A DNA stretch of 64,000 nt from a virus (IMGVR_UViG_3300028840_002702:1-64000), one strand, 5' to 3'. Positions 1 to 11,500 are shown, counted from the first letter of the stretch. Made by a program: numbers and translations. Notes: generated by a model from the letters alone, not told the origin.

Positions 1-10
1 TAGTTCTTTT

Positions 11-313
11 ATGTATTGGGATCATTATAAAAAATATGACATTAAAAAATTAATTAAGACAATTAAAGATTACGCTAGTCGAAGATCTTTAGATAGTCAT
101 GCTGTTTATAATGATATGAAAATTTTTGATCTAATGGAACATGAATTTAATGCAAATGATATTTTAGATTTTCTTCAAAATAATCTTTATTATTCTGAAA
201 CGGTACTTACAAGAGATAGATCAATTAAATTTAATTATTATTTTCTATCTTTCATTTTACAAACAAGAAAAAGAGGAGATTTAAATCTCCTCAAAAAGTT
301 TGATATCAATTAG
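11..313 (+). CDS. hypothetical protein
   Basis: 100-aa ORF converging on the minus-strand tail operon; no motif recognised. Confidence 0.5.
   Translation: MYWDHYKKYDIKKLIKTIKDYASRRSLDSHAVYNDMKIFDLMEHEFNANDILDFLQNNLYYSETVLTRDRSIKFNYYFLSFILQTRKRGDLNLLKKFDIN
268..292 (-). terminator. intrinsic terminator of the minus-strand tail/adhesin operon
   Basis: Perfect hairpin GAGGAGAT-TTAA-ATCTCCTC (273-292); A-tract at 268-272 reads as a U-tract on the minus strand just after the stop at 310. Confidence 0.7.
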
Positions 314-696
314 ATTGGTAAGTCTGATCCAGGTTCATCAGCCACTCTTATAGCACGAATAGTTAATGTATTATCAGGAAGTGTTAAACCAAGATTCTCA
401 GCAATTGCTTCCATCAATTTAGTTTGTGCTTCTCTTTCAATACTTTCAATTTTTTGTTTACGTAAAGCGTCCCATTCTTCTTGTGTATAAACAGGTTCAA
501 CTGGTTCTTGAGCTACTGGAGCAGTAAATACTCCATCAGCGTATGTTGACCCTGCGACAGGTACTTCTTGGCCCTCTGTCAGTTCTACATAAACAATTCC
601 ACATTTTGGAACATCAGCAGGTTTGAACTTAGGGTTATCACTCTCGATTACGGAACCTTTAACAATTCCATCTTTTACTTCAATCCATCGTTTCAT
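310..696 (-). CDS. tail fibre assembly/chaperone-like protein
   Basis: Likely start MKRWIEV at 696; G.TY.DG.F..P motif typical of tail-fibre assembly proteins; C-terminus paralogous to 1332-1535 (EAQTKLMEAIAENLGLTLP vs EAQTKMLEAICENLGITLP). Confidence 0.55.
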   Translation of the reverse strand: MKRWIEVKDGIVKGSVIESDNPKFKPADVPKCGIVYVELTEGQEVPVAGSTYADGVFTAPVAQEPVEPVYTQEEWDALRKQKIESIEREAQTKLMEAIAENLGLTLPDNTLTIRAIRVADEPGSDLPI

Positions 697-707
697 ATTA
701 ATATTCC

Positions 708-1328
708 TTAATTTATTTTCCAAATTATGAGTTTCGCGGCTCCACCTTTAGATCCAGGTCTGCGGTAGCGACTGCCTCCACCTAGTCCACCTGCACCCCA
801 ACTAGATGCCTCATTGACGTTTTCACTATTGGCCTGAGTACCAGAAGAGTATCGTTTTGTCGAACAAGGCCCAACGGAGAATCCACCTCCACCATTTCCA
901 CCAGCACCTTCATTACCGTCTTGACCTTCGCCTCTACCACCAGCAACACGACCATCGCCACTGCCACCAGTACCTCCAGCACCTCCACTCGCTTCGCCTG
1001 TGTCACCTGCTCCACCCCCTACTAGGGTTAACAGATTACCTGCGACATCGCCTGCTAGTGTCGTGTCAGCACCGGCACTACCGAGTCCACCGGAAACACC
1101 ATAAACACCGCCTGCACCTGCGGCACCAAGAACAGCAGTTAATGTAGCATCGGCAGATACGTCAATAGTACCTCCACCGTATTCGCCTGCCCCTCCACCG
1201 GAACCGGCAGCTATTTGATCGGAACTGGCTCCACCCCCGCCACCAGCGGCGGTTCCTGTCCAACCGAGAGTGTTCCATGTTGAAACATCTATCGTATCAT
1301 TTTCTACAAGTACATATACTTCAGCCAT
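708..1328 (-). CDS. glycine-rich tail adhesin-like protein
   Basis: GGGGG/GGGAGE polyglycine tracts reminiscent of gp38-type adhesins; paralog of 1535-2914 (TIDVSTW...KLIIWK). Confidence 0.6.
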   Translation of the reverse strand: MAEVYVLVENDTIDVSTWNTLGWTGTAAGGGGGASSDQIAAGSGGGAGEYGGGTIDVSADATLTAVLGAAGAGGVYGVSGGLGSAGADTTLAGDVAGNLLTLVGGGAGDTGEASGGAGGTGGSGDGRVAGGRGEGQDGNEGAGGNGGGGFSVGPCSTKRYSSGTQANSENVNEASSWGAGGLGGGSRYRRPGSKGGAAKLIIWKIN

Positions 1329-1331
1329 AAT

Positions 1332-1535
1332 TTAGTCCTCACAATTAGTTGGGTAAATGTCGCCAACATTGTCAGCGGCACGGATAGTTCGGATTGTCTC
1401 CACCTGTGTAGGGAGGGTTATACCAAGGTTTTCGCAGATTGCCTCAAGCATCTTGGTTTGTGCTTCTGGTTCTAATTTTTCAATACAACGCTGTCTACGG
1501 AGATCATGTAAGTCTTGTTCTTCTTTTGTAATCAT
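1332..1535 (-). CDS. small tail fibre chaperone-like protein
   Basis: Paralog of the C-terminal part of 310-696; translationally coupled to the upstream adhesin. Confidence 0.6.
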   Translation of the reverse strand: MITKEEQDLHDLRRQRCIEKLEPEAQTKMLEAICENLGITLPTQVETIRTIRAADNVGDIYPTNCED

Positions 1536-2914
1536 TAGTTAGCTTTCCATATTATTAGTTTCGAGTGTCCGCCATCGGAGGCACTATTATTTCCAATGTT
1601 TCCTCCACCACCTGCGCCGAATGCGGCATTTTTGGCGGAAGTACCGTCAATACTTTGTAGATCGCTTGTTAGATTAGCGGCTGTAGTACCTTGACTCATA
1701 CCACCGCCTCCAGAAGCTATCGTACCAGTTCCACCTTTACCTCCAGGAGATCCGTCTACTCTTCCCGAACCTGTACCACCAGTTCCACCTAGTCCTACAG
1801 TGTCAGATCCATCACCGCCTTTACCGCCAACCAGTTCCAGTATTGTAGTGGTGCCATCAGCAACTATTGTGGTATTGGTTGCGTCTGTACCAGCAGTAGC
1901 GCCACTACCTGCAGCACCTGCTCCTGGAGATCCCCCACTGATTTCGATGGATGTGTAGGAAGATACATCAATAACTCCACTACCAAACTCACCTGCGCCT
2001 CCACCACAACCCGTGCGATTGTTGTTATCAAGCATAGGGGGGTTATCTCGGTACGGATGATACTCGGACAACAACATGGCTTGGTTTTGCGTCATCCATC
2101 TGTGGAAGAGGTAACCTTGAACCTTGTTGCGATCCTCTTGGCTCAGTACGTCTGTGATTAGAATCTCACCTACGTAGGCATTAATGGATATAGCATCGCC
2201 ACCAACAGTATCCACAAGGATCGGATCGGCGGCATTGTTAACGCCCGGATGGACGTAGCACTTCCCGTTCAGATAGAGCCTGCGGCGGGACTCATTAAGC
2301 ACGTTCGGAAATGCCCATGAATAGAGCCAAGGTAGGCCGTTAACGTATCCAGTATAAGTACCGGGTATATCGTTGTCCGCAAACGCATACGACTGATAGT
2401 TCGTCTGCATCGCACCTCCACCCTCATAACCTAGCGTGGTTGTGTTGGCGTATATCTCGTTCGTGCCGCCTTGGAGGTACATGAACCCACGACCATTCGT
2501 ATTGACATTTTCCTCAATCCAATGTACCTCTTTGCCGTACAGATCAACATCAGTGGCAAACTGCAACTCTGAAGTGTTCGAGTACTTTACTGTCTGCCGT
2601 CCGCCGAGAATGTCATGGTCAGTAGCCAGATACTCCGGCTTGGTACCCGTTATTCCACCAGAGAGGTCATTGGAACCTTTCTTGTCAGCCCAAGCATCAA
2701 TGTCACCCAACGTTTCGGTTATCGTAGTTGCGTCTGAAGCATCATACCAATGGTGTAAAAGATCACCTAATTCGGCAGGTGTCCAGAGTTCAGCACTGAC
2801 TGCACCGGCACCACCACCTCCACCTGCGGCTGTGCCATACCACTCTAATTCACTCCAAGTGGATACGTCAATAGTCCTACTATTATTTCCTAATATTGTA
2901 TGTACATTAGCCAT
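1535..2914 (-). CDS. glycine-rich adhesin-like protein with inserted lectin/LamG-like domain
   Basis: Gly-rich N and C termini align with 708-1328; central insert starts WYDASD...WADKKG, a motif common in phage LamG-like domains. Confidence 0.6.
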   Translation of the reverse strand: MANVHTILGNNSRTIDVSTWSELEWYGTAAGGGGGAGAVSAELWTPAELGDLLHHWYDASDATTITETLGDIDAWADKKGSNDLSGGITGTKPEYLATDHDILGGRQTVKYSNTSELQFATDVDLYGKEVHWIEENVNTNGRGFMYLQGGTNEIYANTTTLGYEGGGAMQTNYQSYAFADNDIPGTYTGYVNGLPWLYSWAFPNVLNESRRRLYLNGKCYVHPGVNNAADPILVDTVGGDAISINAYVGEILITDVLSQEDRNKVQGYLFHRWMTQNQAMLLSEYHPYRDNPPMLDNNNRTGCGGGAGEFGSGVIDVSSYTSIEISGGSPGAGAAGSGATAGTDATNTTIVADGTTTILELVGGKGGDGSDTVGLGGTGGTGSGRVDGSPGGKGGTGTIASGGGGMSQGTTAANLTSDLQSIDGTSAKNAAFGAGGGGNIGNNSASDGGHSKLIIWKAN

Positions 2915-2930
2915 TAGTTAATTTCCTTTT

Positions 2931-3026
2931 TTAATCGTCTAATAGTAACAATATAAGCATTGCCGTTTCGCCATCAATTTGGCCACTTTCAGCAAGATAT
3001 GTTACAAAGTTTATATAGTGAAACAT
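2931..3026 (-). CDS. 31-aa small protein missing from the ORF track (MFHYINFVTYLAESGQIDGETAMLILLLLDD)
   Basis: ATG at 3026 preceded by GAAGGAAA RBS; fills the intergenic gap in the operon. Confidence 0.55.
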   Translation of the reverse strand: MFHYINFVTYLAESGQIDGETAMLILLLLDD

Positions 3027-3041
3027 TTTTAAATTTCCTTC

Positions 3042-4691
3042 TTATCCGTAAGCTTGTCCATACTGTCCAAGATAATTAGTTCCATCATAGAAAATAGTTA
3101 ATGTATCAATACTACCGCTTACTGGAGTAATATTAAGCGTATGTGGTGCACCACCACCAGGAAGTAAAACTTCTGATGGAAGCGTAACATCAATAAATGG
3201 CGCTGCAGTAGCCTGACAAAATTTAAGTAGATATGATGCTCCGTCTTGTGGATTACTAAATGTTAATGTAACTCCACCAGATGGTGCTGAATCTAAATCA
3301 ATGATTTGTCCATTACCATCATTCCAATCAATATTTTGTGCTGATGTACTTGGAGTATGAGTAGCGGGTAAAGCTGAATAAATTTGTCCATGAACAACAA
3401 ATTCACCAGTTCCTTCTACAGTATATGCACCTTGAATATCTGAATAATTAGATGAATCAGGTGAAGTAGTATAAGTAGGAATACCTGCATTTTTAATTGT
3501 TAAATCAGAAAGTACATTTGTACCTGGATTAATTGTACAAGAATTATCAAAAATAAATTGTGATGGTGTAGATACTGTTACTTCATCAAGATCAATATAA
3601 CAATCAGTAAAGAAATATTTTGCGTCAGTAATACTACCACTAAAAATATTAGCTTCGTTAAAAGCTAATCCTTTAAACATAAACCACGATTTTTCAATAT
3701 CATCAGGACCATCAATTTTAAATGTATTTCCAGAAACTGCTGGTAAGTATGCAGAAAGTATATTTTCTCCTGGAATATTAGGTGATTCATCTGCTTTAGT
3801 TGCAACTATATGCATTTGATTATAAACATCAGTTGCTCCACTAACAGTAACAAAGTTATCTTCAATAGAAGCTTCACCAATATTAAGATTTTGATTAATA
3901 TTGATATATCTTTTTTGGATAAAATCAGTTTGAGTACTCCAAGGATAAGCAGCTTCATCACCAAATGCTTGACCAATAGAACGATAAGGATCCCACATTG
4001 AATGACCAACAGTAAAGTCTTTAGTTCCAGCTAAGTCTTCTTCAACATATAAAGTATTTCTTAATTCAGCATTATAAGCACTTAATGGATAACCACTCAT
4101 TTCAGTTGTAAATTGTAACATAACAGATTGAGATTGAGCTGTTGCAGTCCAACCATTTTCAGTGTCATAAGCTTCTACAATACCTGAAACTTCACCAGCA
4201 GTTACACCACTTGTACCTGCTGATCCAATTACCCAAGCATTACTTCCAGCATTCCATTCTAAGCGATCACCAGTATTAAGCAATGATGGTATATAACTTA
4301 CATCATTAAGTCCACTAAGAGTATCACTTCCAATACCCCATGTTCCACTTGTAGCATTTACATGTGAATAAACATTATTCCAATCAAGATAATTATCATT
4401 AACAGTATTATATGTCCAATTCCAATTTGCACTTCCTGCTTGAACGGTTGTATTAAGACCGCTTAAATCAAGACTTGCTAATTGTGCTTCATTTGCAGCA
4501 ACTCTCACATCTAATGCATCTATTTCCGATTCTAAGATACCAGATGTCACTGCAATGTCATTTCGGACTGAGTTATAAATGATTAAATCGTTATCATATA
4601 ATCTCATTAAAGATCTATTAATTACATTATGACCGATAAATTCATTAACATAAATTTGAATTTTTGATTTGTCGGTTAAATTAAGTGACAT
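3042..4691 (-). CDS. tail fibre protein
   Basis: Coiled-coil N-terminus, LSGLNDV repeat-like motif, C-terminal IDWNDGNGQ...LTIFYDGTNYLG domain typical of phage fibres. Confidence 0.6.
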   Translation of the reverse strand: MSLNLTDKSKIQIYVNEFIGHNVINRSLMRLYDNDLIIYNSVRNDIAVTSGILESEIDALDVRVAANEAQLASLDLSGLNTTVQAGSANWNWTYNTVNDNYLDWNNVYSHVNATSGTWGIGSDTLSGLNDVSYIPSLLNTGDRLEWNAGSNAWVIGSAGTSGVTAGEVSGIVEAYDTENGWTATAQSQSVMLQFTTEMSGYPLSAYNAELRNTLYVEEDLAGTKDFTVGHSMWDPYRSIGQAFGDEAAYPWSTQTDFIQKRYININQNLNIGEASIEDNFVTVSGATDVYNQMHIVATKADESPNIPGENILSAYLPAVSGNTFKIDGPDDIEKSWFMFKGLAFNEANIFSGSITDAKYFFTDCYIDLDEVTVSTPSQFIFDNSCTINPGTNVLSDLTIKNAGIPTYTTSPDSSNYSDIQGAYTVEGTGEFVVHGQIYSALPATHTPSTSAQNIDWNDGNGQIIDLDSAPSGGVTLTFSNPQDGASYLLKFCQATAAPFIDVTLPSEVLLPGGGAPHTLNITPVSGSIDTLTIFYDGTNYLGQYGQAYG

Positions 4692-4700
4692 ATTAAGCTC

Positions 4701-6947
4701 CTATTTTCCTGTCCAAATTATTTTCCATAGTTGCGTATTTGCTGGCGCAACTTTCTTTGCAAATTCTCTAACAGCTCGTTCTACAATACGTTGAACAAGT
4801 AATCTTTGTTCTTCATCTACGATTGATTCATTAAGCTGACTATTTTTAATTTCAATTGAGTAAACGTTAGATTTATGCTCAGCACCAAGCCCAGCACGTG
4901 CTACTCCTTTGATTCGTTCAATAAATTGATAATCCCAAATTCCACCAGATAATGTTTCAACAATTTCCATATTAACAACAGTACCAGAACCTTCAGGAAT
5001 TGGGTTATTTACAGTTTCTGAGTTACCATAATTAGTACCAAGATCATAAGATGTCCAAATAATATTTCCATTTGTTCCGATTCTATCATAAACTCTTGTT
5101 CCACTAAGTTGAACAGCATTATAAATTGCACTAGTTGAATCATTAATTACAGAATTTACATCGTATTTATAATCTGCAAATCCTTGTAATGGAAATTCAT
5201 CCATATACATATCACCAGTATCAAAATTATAATAAACTAAATCAACTGGTATTTCAGACATATGAGCAAAATGTACTCCACTAAGAATAGCACGAGGTAA
5301 TCCTGATAATTCATTCCACCAACCAGAAGTATAATCACAAGGATTATAAACAACTACATTTTCTGGTAGTTCACTATATGTATCTTTATCAAAATTATAA
5401 TAACGAGTAGCATTTAAACTATTAGTTTTAAATCCAAGTCCGGCATTATCTAATTGTACAATTTGTTCAATTGGTCCTTCAGCTCCTAACATTTCAACAT
5501 CAGTTTCATACGCTGAATTAACATCAGGATTTGCTGTTGCATTTTCTTGTCTAAAATCTTCGCTTGCATAAATACAACCAAGCCAAATGTTTCTAATTGT
5601 ATCTTTAATACGATATTTTGTATTATTATCAATTCCAAGCACTTTAACATTATCATTAGTTTCAATAAGTTGAGCTTTATTCGATGTAACTGCACGTTGT
5701 AATTTTAAATTACCTTTATAATCAATATTATATTTGTATGTAATATTAATACCATCTGCATGTGCATAAACATTATTACCTGATAAAGCAACTTGATTAC
5801 CAAATAAACTATTGTTGTATTGACCCCAATAGTTATCTTCATTTGTATTAACTACTTTTGCCCAACCTTGATAATCTGTATTTGCCGTATAACCTGAAAT
5901 AATCGAATCCATATACCATGATTCAATTTTCCCAGTATTACTTCTAAAATTTGGAGCGCCAATTAATATTAAATCACCAGAAAGATCAATATCTGTACCA
6001 AAACCAGATAATTGAGATTCACGTTTAAACTTTTCAGTCCAAGTACCATCAACTTTTTCATAAAGATGAACAGAATTTCTTGAAATTTCGTTAAACCATT
6101 TTGTTTGTAATTTACTAATAATATTTTTAACTCGACCATCGTCTAATCTTTCATTAAAAATTAGTAGTTCTCCAACCTGAGCCGAGGTATTATATCCACG
6201 TAATAAAAAGTTTCTTCCAGAAATATTATAATCATCACCTTGTGTAGTATCAGTAGAAATTATTTGATCTTGCTTCCAAATATCTTGACCTTCACTTACA
6301 CCAGATCTATATGTCCAAATATCTAAATCATAAGTTCCACCAGAATCACTAAAATCAATATTAATGGAACCGCTTGTTGTATCACCATAAATGAAATATA
6401 CATTATCATCATTGATTGCAGTACCAGTATTTTGAATATCAAAAGTATTATCAATAGTTGAAAAATCAGTTGTTAATCTAATCGCACCACTTATATCAGT
6501 TTTACTCACCATAAAAACTGTTACTGCAGAAAGAGGAATATTCATTCCTGAAACTATTGGTGAAGTTAATTGATCATTACTATCAAACTCAATAACATTT
6601 TTATTCGTTAATGTTTGACCTGATAAATATGTAGGCTTAAATCCAGCGAATCCCTGAGAAAGATCATTATTATTTCCACTTTTATCATCCCACTGATCAA
6701 TAATACCACCAGTTTCGGATACAGTATTTTCATCAGCTGCATCATACCACGCAACTATATTTCCATATAAAAACGGATTAAATGTAGATTCAGCTTCATA
6801 TGTAATTAATACACGATCAGGGTCACCAGTTCTATCTGGTGCAATAACTGCTCCTGAAATACCACTAGGTGGTGTACTTTTTGTATAAAGAGCACTAATT
6901 TCAGAAGTACTTAAATTTAAGGATTCGTTTAGACTAAAAGTAAACAC
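4701..6947 (-). CDS. baseplate/tail structural protein with LamG-like domain
   Basis: WYDAAD...WDDKSGNNN motif; FG-GAP-like LIGAP segment; C-terminal KVAPANT resembles baseplate wedge ends; GTG start. Confidence 0.5.
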   Translation of the reverse strand: MFTFSLNESLNLSTSEISALYTKSTPPSGISGAVIAPDRTGDPDRVLITYEAESTFNPFLYGNIVAWYDAADENTVSETGGIIDQWDDKSGNNNDLSQGFAGFKPTYLSGQTLTNKNVIEFDSNDQLTSPIVSGMNIPLSAVTVFMVSKTDISGAIRLTTDFSTIDNTFDIQNTGTAINDDNVYFIYGDTTSGSINIDFSDSGGTYDLDIWTYRSGVSEGQDIWKQDQIISTDTTQGDDYNISGRNFLLRGYNTSAQVGELLIFNERLDDGRVKNIISKLQTKWFNEISRNSVHLYEKVDGTWTEKFKRESQLSGFGTDIDLSGDLILIGAPNFRSNTGKIESWYMDSIISGYTANTDYQGWAKVVNTNEDNYWGQYNNSLFGNQVALSGNNVYAHADGINITYKYNIDYKGNLKLQRAVTSNKAQLIETNDNVKVLGIDNNTKYRIKDTIRNIWLGCIYASEDFRQENATANPDVNSAYETDVEMLGAEGPIEQIVQLDNAGLGFKTNSLNATRYYNFDKDTYSELPENVVVYNPCDYTSGWWNELSGLPRAILSGVHFAHMSEIPVDLVYYNFDTGDMYMDEFPLQGFADYKYDVNSVINDSTSAIYNAVQLSGTRVYDRIGTNGNIIWTSYDLGTNYGNSETVNNPIPEGSGTVVNMEIVETLSGGIWDYQFIERIKGVARAGLGAEHKSNVYSIEIKNSQLNESIVDEEQRLLVQRIVERAVREFAKKVAPANTQLWKIIWTGK

Positions 6948-6952
6948 TTATT

Positions 6953-7798
6953 TTACCTCTTAATAATACAATTAACTTTTCCGTGCTGAGGATTATCTTT
7001 TGACTCTAATGCACGTGCAAATCCAAATACATACTCATTGGAGTTTGCAGCTGCTCTACCAACACCTTTAGCCGATGATGAGACAATAACATCACCTTTC
7101 TTTACTCGACCAATAACTTTAACAGGAACTTTACCAACAAGAGCAACCGTTACACCATTACCTTCAGAGTTCATTAATAACGCAGGTTTTTCAGATACAA
7201 CTCCAATACATTTAATATCGAGTTCTTCATCAGTTGCTTGGACTTCATAATCACCTTCATCAGATACACTAACTAATGTACCAATAGTTAGTTCTTCTTC
7301 GCAAGTATAGATCTCAGCAATATCAGCATAAAGCGCGTTTGTTGCAGTACCATTAAAATTAGTTGCATAAATATTTGCCCATTTTGCACCAGCAGTTCCT
7401 AGATCATACACATTATCTGCGTTAGGTGTATCAGATGCATTACGACGTAAATATTGAGCATCTAATACATTATCATTATAATCGGTAATATATTGAATAT
7501 TTGGAACATACGCTGAAACAGCTTCAGCACCAAGTAATACACCAGAAGCATATAAGTCGACATCTTGACTTATTGGCCATTGGAGTGTTGCAGTTTTCAA
7601 GTTTTCAGGCGTAATTGCACCTTGACCGTCACCAGTAATAAGATCGGCTTGATATGCCAATTGAATAATACCAGCAGTATGTACTTGTGAGTAGGTGTTA
7701 AGTGCGTTAAAGTTTGTAACAATATCGTAACGACTATTAATAAGTAGATCAGCCGAACTAATTGTATTCAAAGTTCTTAATGTTTCACTAAATAGCAT
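6953..7798 (-). CDS. tail fibre-associated protein with C-terminal Peptidase_G2-like chaperone domain
   Basis: YDLGTAGAKW, YADIAEIY, GVVSEKPA, VALVGKVPVKV, KGDVIVSS motifs. Confidence 0.65.
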   Translation of the reverse strand: MLFSETLRTLNTISSADLLINSRYDIVTNFNALNTYSQVHTAGIIQLAYQADLITGDGQGAITPENLKTATLQWPISQDVDLYASGVLLGAEAVSAYVPNIQYITDYNDNVLDAQYLRRNASDTPNADNVYDLGTAGAKWANIYATNFNGTATNALYADIAEIYTCEEELTIGTLVSVSDEGDYEVQATDEELDIKCIGVVSEKPALLMNSEGNGVTVALVGKVPVKVIGRVKKGDVIVSSSAKGVGRAAANSNEYVFGFARALESKDNPQHGKVNCIIKR

Positions 7799-7820
7799 AT
7801 TCTTAAATCTCCATTAGATT

Positions 7821-7828
7821 TATTTATT
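7821..7828 (-). promoter_or_regulatory. putative late promoter variant (AATAAATA)
   Basis: Near match to the T4 late consensus TATAAATA ~23 nt upstream of the ATG at 7798; a similar AATAAATA lies at 14491-14498 upstream of gp6. Confidence 0.4.
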
Positions 7829-7830
7829 AC

Positions 7831-8511
7831 TTAGATCTTAATTATGAAATTAAGAGCTATGTATGGCTGCATATTTTCATGGGCGCCATCTCCACCTGTA
7901 CTACCAGTATTTACTGTACCTACAGATCCTGCTAAATCATTATTGGTTCGTGTAGCAGGTGCACCACCACCAGAACCTCCTCCAACATCTACAGTATGAG
8001 TATGTGACGGCATTTCAGCTTCAGTTAATTGATGAGTTTCTGTACCACCAGTATCAGCTAAACTTCTTGCAGTTAAACCTGCACCAGTACCGACACCAAT
8101 TGTTGTACGTCCTCTCATATCAGGTAATTGGAATGTAGCACCTGTACCACCATATGTATAACCAATAACAGCAAATAAGTCAGCGTATGTAGTTGTAGAA
8201 ACTAAACTTCCATCGCAAATCAACCAACCAGTTGGTGCAGAAGCACCAGCAAAAGCTACTACAGTAGCAATTGGAGATTCACTTGTATTTGTTGCATTAG
8301 CTTCAATACCAGATAATTTAGTACGTTCAGTTGTTGTCATTCTAACATAAGAACCTGCATCATTGATATTATCAATATCATGAGTATGACTAGATACAAT
8401 AATTGAATATGGAACTTTATATGATGTTCCGCTTCTTTGCATATAGACATCGTCAGTATTCAACATTGCACCAGCAAGTTGTGTTAATTGGCTTAGTTTT
8501 GCATCAGCCAT
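7831..8511 (-). CDS. tail collar domain / short tail fibre protein
   Basis: APTGWLICDGS...YADLFAVIGYTYGG...FQLPDMRGR...HENMQPYIALNFIIK, the phage tail collar signature. Confidence 0.85.
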   Translation of the reverse strand: MADAKLSQLTQLAGAMLNTDDVYMQRSGTSYKVPYSIIVSSHTHDIDNINDAGSYVRMTTTERTKLSGIEANATNTSESPIATVVAFAGASAPTGWLICDGSLVSTTTYADLFAVIGYTYGGTGATFQLPDMRGRTTIGVGTGAGLTARSLADTGGTETHQLTEAEMPSHTHTVDVGGGSGGGAPATRTNNDLAGSVGTVNTGSTGGDGAHENMQPYIALNFIIKI

Positions 8512-11500
8512 TATCTATCCTCCAATAGTAATCTATCTCCGGTTTCTACTAATAAGCTATCACCGGATTCTAAGAGAAGGTCTGAAATTAAAGGACTTGT
8601 TCCTTCTCCAACAGTTATCTTATCACCAACAGAGAAATCAGCCGATAGATTTCCTGTAACAGTGAGTTGTGTTCCATTCTTAGCAATAATACTTGTATTA
8701 ACAGTTGATTCTATTCTATCAGCAGAATTATTGTGAATTGTTACTGATCCACCATTATCAAGTTCGTTAACAACAAATACATCTGCACTTACTGTCCAAT
8801 TATCCATATCTAATGGATCAATCATATCAAATGTCATGCCACTAGTTGCCATATATAATACTTCGGCATAATGTCCAGCACGAATCCAATAAGTACCACT
8901 ATAACCGCTAGTAACAAATTCACTAGCAGCATCATCGAAATCAACTTTCATATTATGACAACCATGACCATTATATGTTACTGTCACATTATAAAAGTTA
9001 TTATTTTCATCTTTAGTACCAAAATTCCATGTTTCACCAGGAGTTGTAAATTCATGGAATGCAATAGATGTATCATTCCAACGGAAATAAGATGAAAGTT
9101 CATCATCACTTAATTGAGTATATATCCAACCAGATGGAAATATAGATCCTGCTCTAGTATCTTCCCATGCAGTATCCATGTCAGCCCAAGATGGATAAAT
9201 ACCACCAGCCCAAAGACCAAAGTACTCATCATTACTATTATAGCATAAGAAGGATACTGAATTAACATCAAATCTTGCTGAAGTTGATGGATCAGATGTT
9301 CCTAAGAATTGTGTTTGTACATAATTATCGTCATTAATATTGTAATTATGTACAGCACCTGAAGCAATATATTCACCATCAATTTCACCACCAGCCCAAC
9401 CTTCCCAAGCTTGAACACTTTGATATGTCACATCGTTATAACCAATAAAATTATCAGTAGTATATGTTTGTGGAAATGTAGTTTCTGGAATAATAGCAAA
9501 ACTAATTGTTCCAATACCATTATGAAAACCATGTTTAAAATCATTATAGCGAGGATCATAAAAACCAGATCCATCAGAACCTGTCCATAAACCAGAAGGT
9601 ACACCATCTGGAATATCTGGTAATACAGTTTCATAAGAGATTGTTAAAACATCACTAAATTTAGAAAGTTTCCAAGGATTATGATTATCAGGATTATCAA
9701 AGATATTATATTTTGCTGCCGCAGCTTTTGTTTTTAGTTTAAGACCATTTGTATTATCATATGCTCTAAATCTAAATTTTGCAAGATATTCATTTGGTTT
9801 AGTAGAATGAGGAACAAAATCTTGAAGTGCTACATGAACCATAGTAGCGCCACTATCACCATCAGTTCTGTAAATACCAATATGTTTTTCATTAACACCA
9901 TCCAAATCATATTCAACTAAATTACCTAAAAGTCTTTGTCCTACAAATGGATTTTTCTCACTTTCCAGATTTCGGCTAATATTAGCCATTAAAATTGATC
10001 CATTCAAATTACCACTCGGGCTATCACCAATATGCATCCATAAAATATTTGAAGATTCTAAGGTTGTAAATCCAAAATCATAACATTTTCTTGAATATTC
10101 ATCAAAAACATCACCTTTTAACATTTGTGATTCGGTATCAAGCTGCCAATGATATTCTGAATTTAAATCAGAAACTGGGAATGAAAGTGGGTGATTTTTA
10201 TATTTCATCCACAATTCACCTTGATCATCATAATTTTTTGTGTCTTTAAATAATGTATATTGATTACCAAATTTATCTATACCAAATTGATAGATCTTTT
10301 TATTAGCTAAATTTTGAATATCAGAAATATAGTTTAAAATTTGCCATTTAATTTTTGTTTCTTCAGCTTCGGTAATTTCAAGATGTCCATACCAATTATC
10401 AAAATTACTTTCAAATGTTGCAGGACTATCAAGATAAGCTGATAGTGCTGGGAAATAAAATGGACCATCATAATCAATTTTTTCATTCTCAGTTCCAGTT
10501 TCATCAAGATTATAACTATATTCATATTCATCACGATAGACGGTAAACATATCATTATCTTTTCGCCACATATCAATAACATTACCATTAGCGTCATAAC
10601 GTTGAGGTAATATTGCTGAAATTTCTGTATAATCACGTGGAGTATATGTATAGATATTTTCAAGAATTAATTCTTGATTAATAATACGTTCTAAACCATA
10701 TAACCATGGAATATAAGCAATTGATGGATGAATAGAATTAGTAATATTTGTCCATGGTAATGTACCACTAGGTTCTCCCAAATATTTAAAATGCATACCA
10801 GAAAGATTTATATTTCCAACCCAACCTGTTAAATCACTATCAACATTACGATATATACCACCATAATTAATTGATGCACTAGTTGCACCCATATTATAAA
10901 TATGGGCTAAGAACGCGCTCAACTCAATATCAGTCATATCATCTAAGCCAATATTATCATAGAATGATCTTACTTCAGCAGAAGTATGTTGACTATTTGT
11001 TATATTTGTTGCATCTTCCCAATAACGATCAGCAACAGTATTAAGATCAGCTTCAGAATAACTAGAAATTTCAGCACTTATATTATGATATTGTGTTGTA
11101 TCATTATATTCAACAACACTAATTGAGTTAAAAAAGTCAGATGAAATAACCAAATTATTTCTAATTGTCATATCATTGACAGAAAGATCACCAGATAGAA
11201 CTTCATCAAAACTATGTAATCTCCAACTTTCAGGACTTGAAAATTCTCTATAAAGGTATTCAGAAATTAGAGTTCTCATAATTCGTTCAGTACCTAACAT
11301 TTGATGTTTTTGTGCCATTGAACGAACATTTTCACGTTGGTATGAAATTTGTAAACAAATATTTCTAATAGAATATGTTGCATTTTCAATCATATCACCG
11401 GAAAGTGGCAATCCTGATAGCGGATGATCGCTATCATAAAAATCAAAGAAGTTATAAGATTGACCAGAAATTAAATCAAATTGTTCATTTTCTTGTTCTA

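Noticed and set aside
782-2921. Overlapping ORFs 782-1015, 857-1147 (His-rich), 1357-1542, 2436-2921
   Set aside because: Off-frame or antisense products of glycine-codon repeats in the adhesin genes
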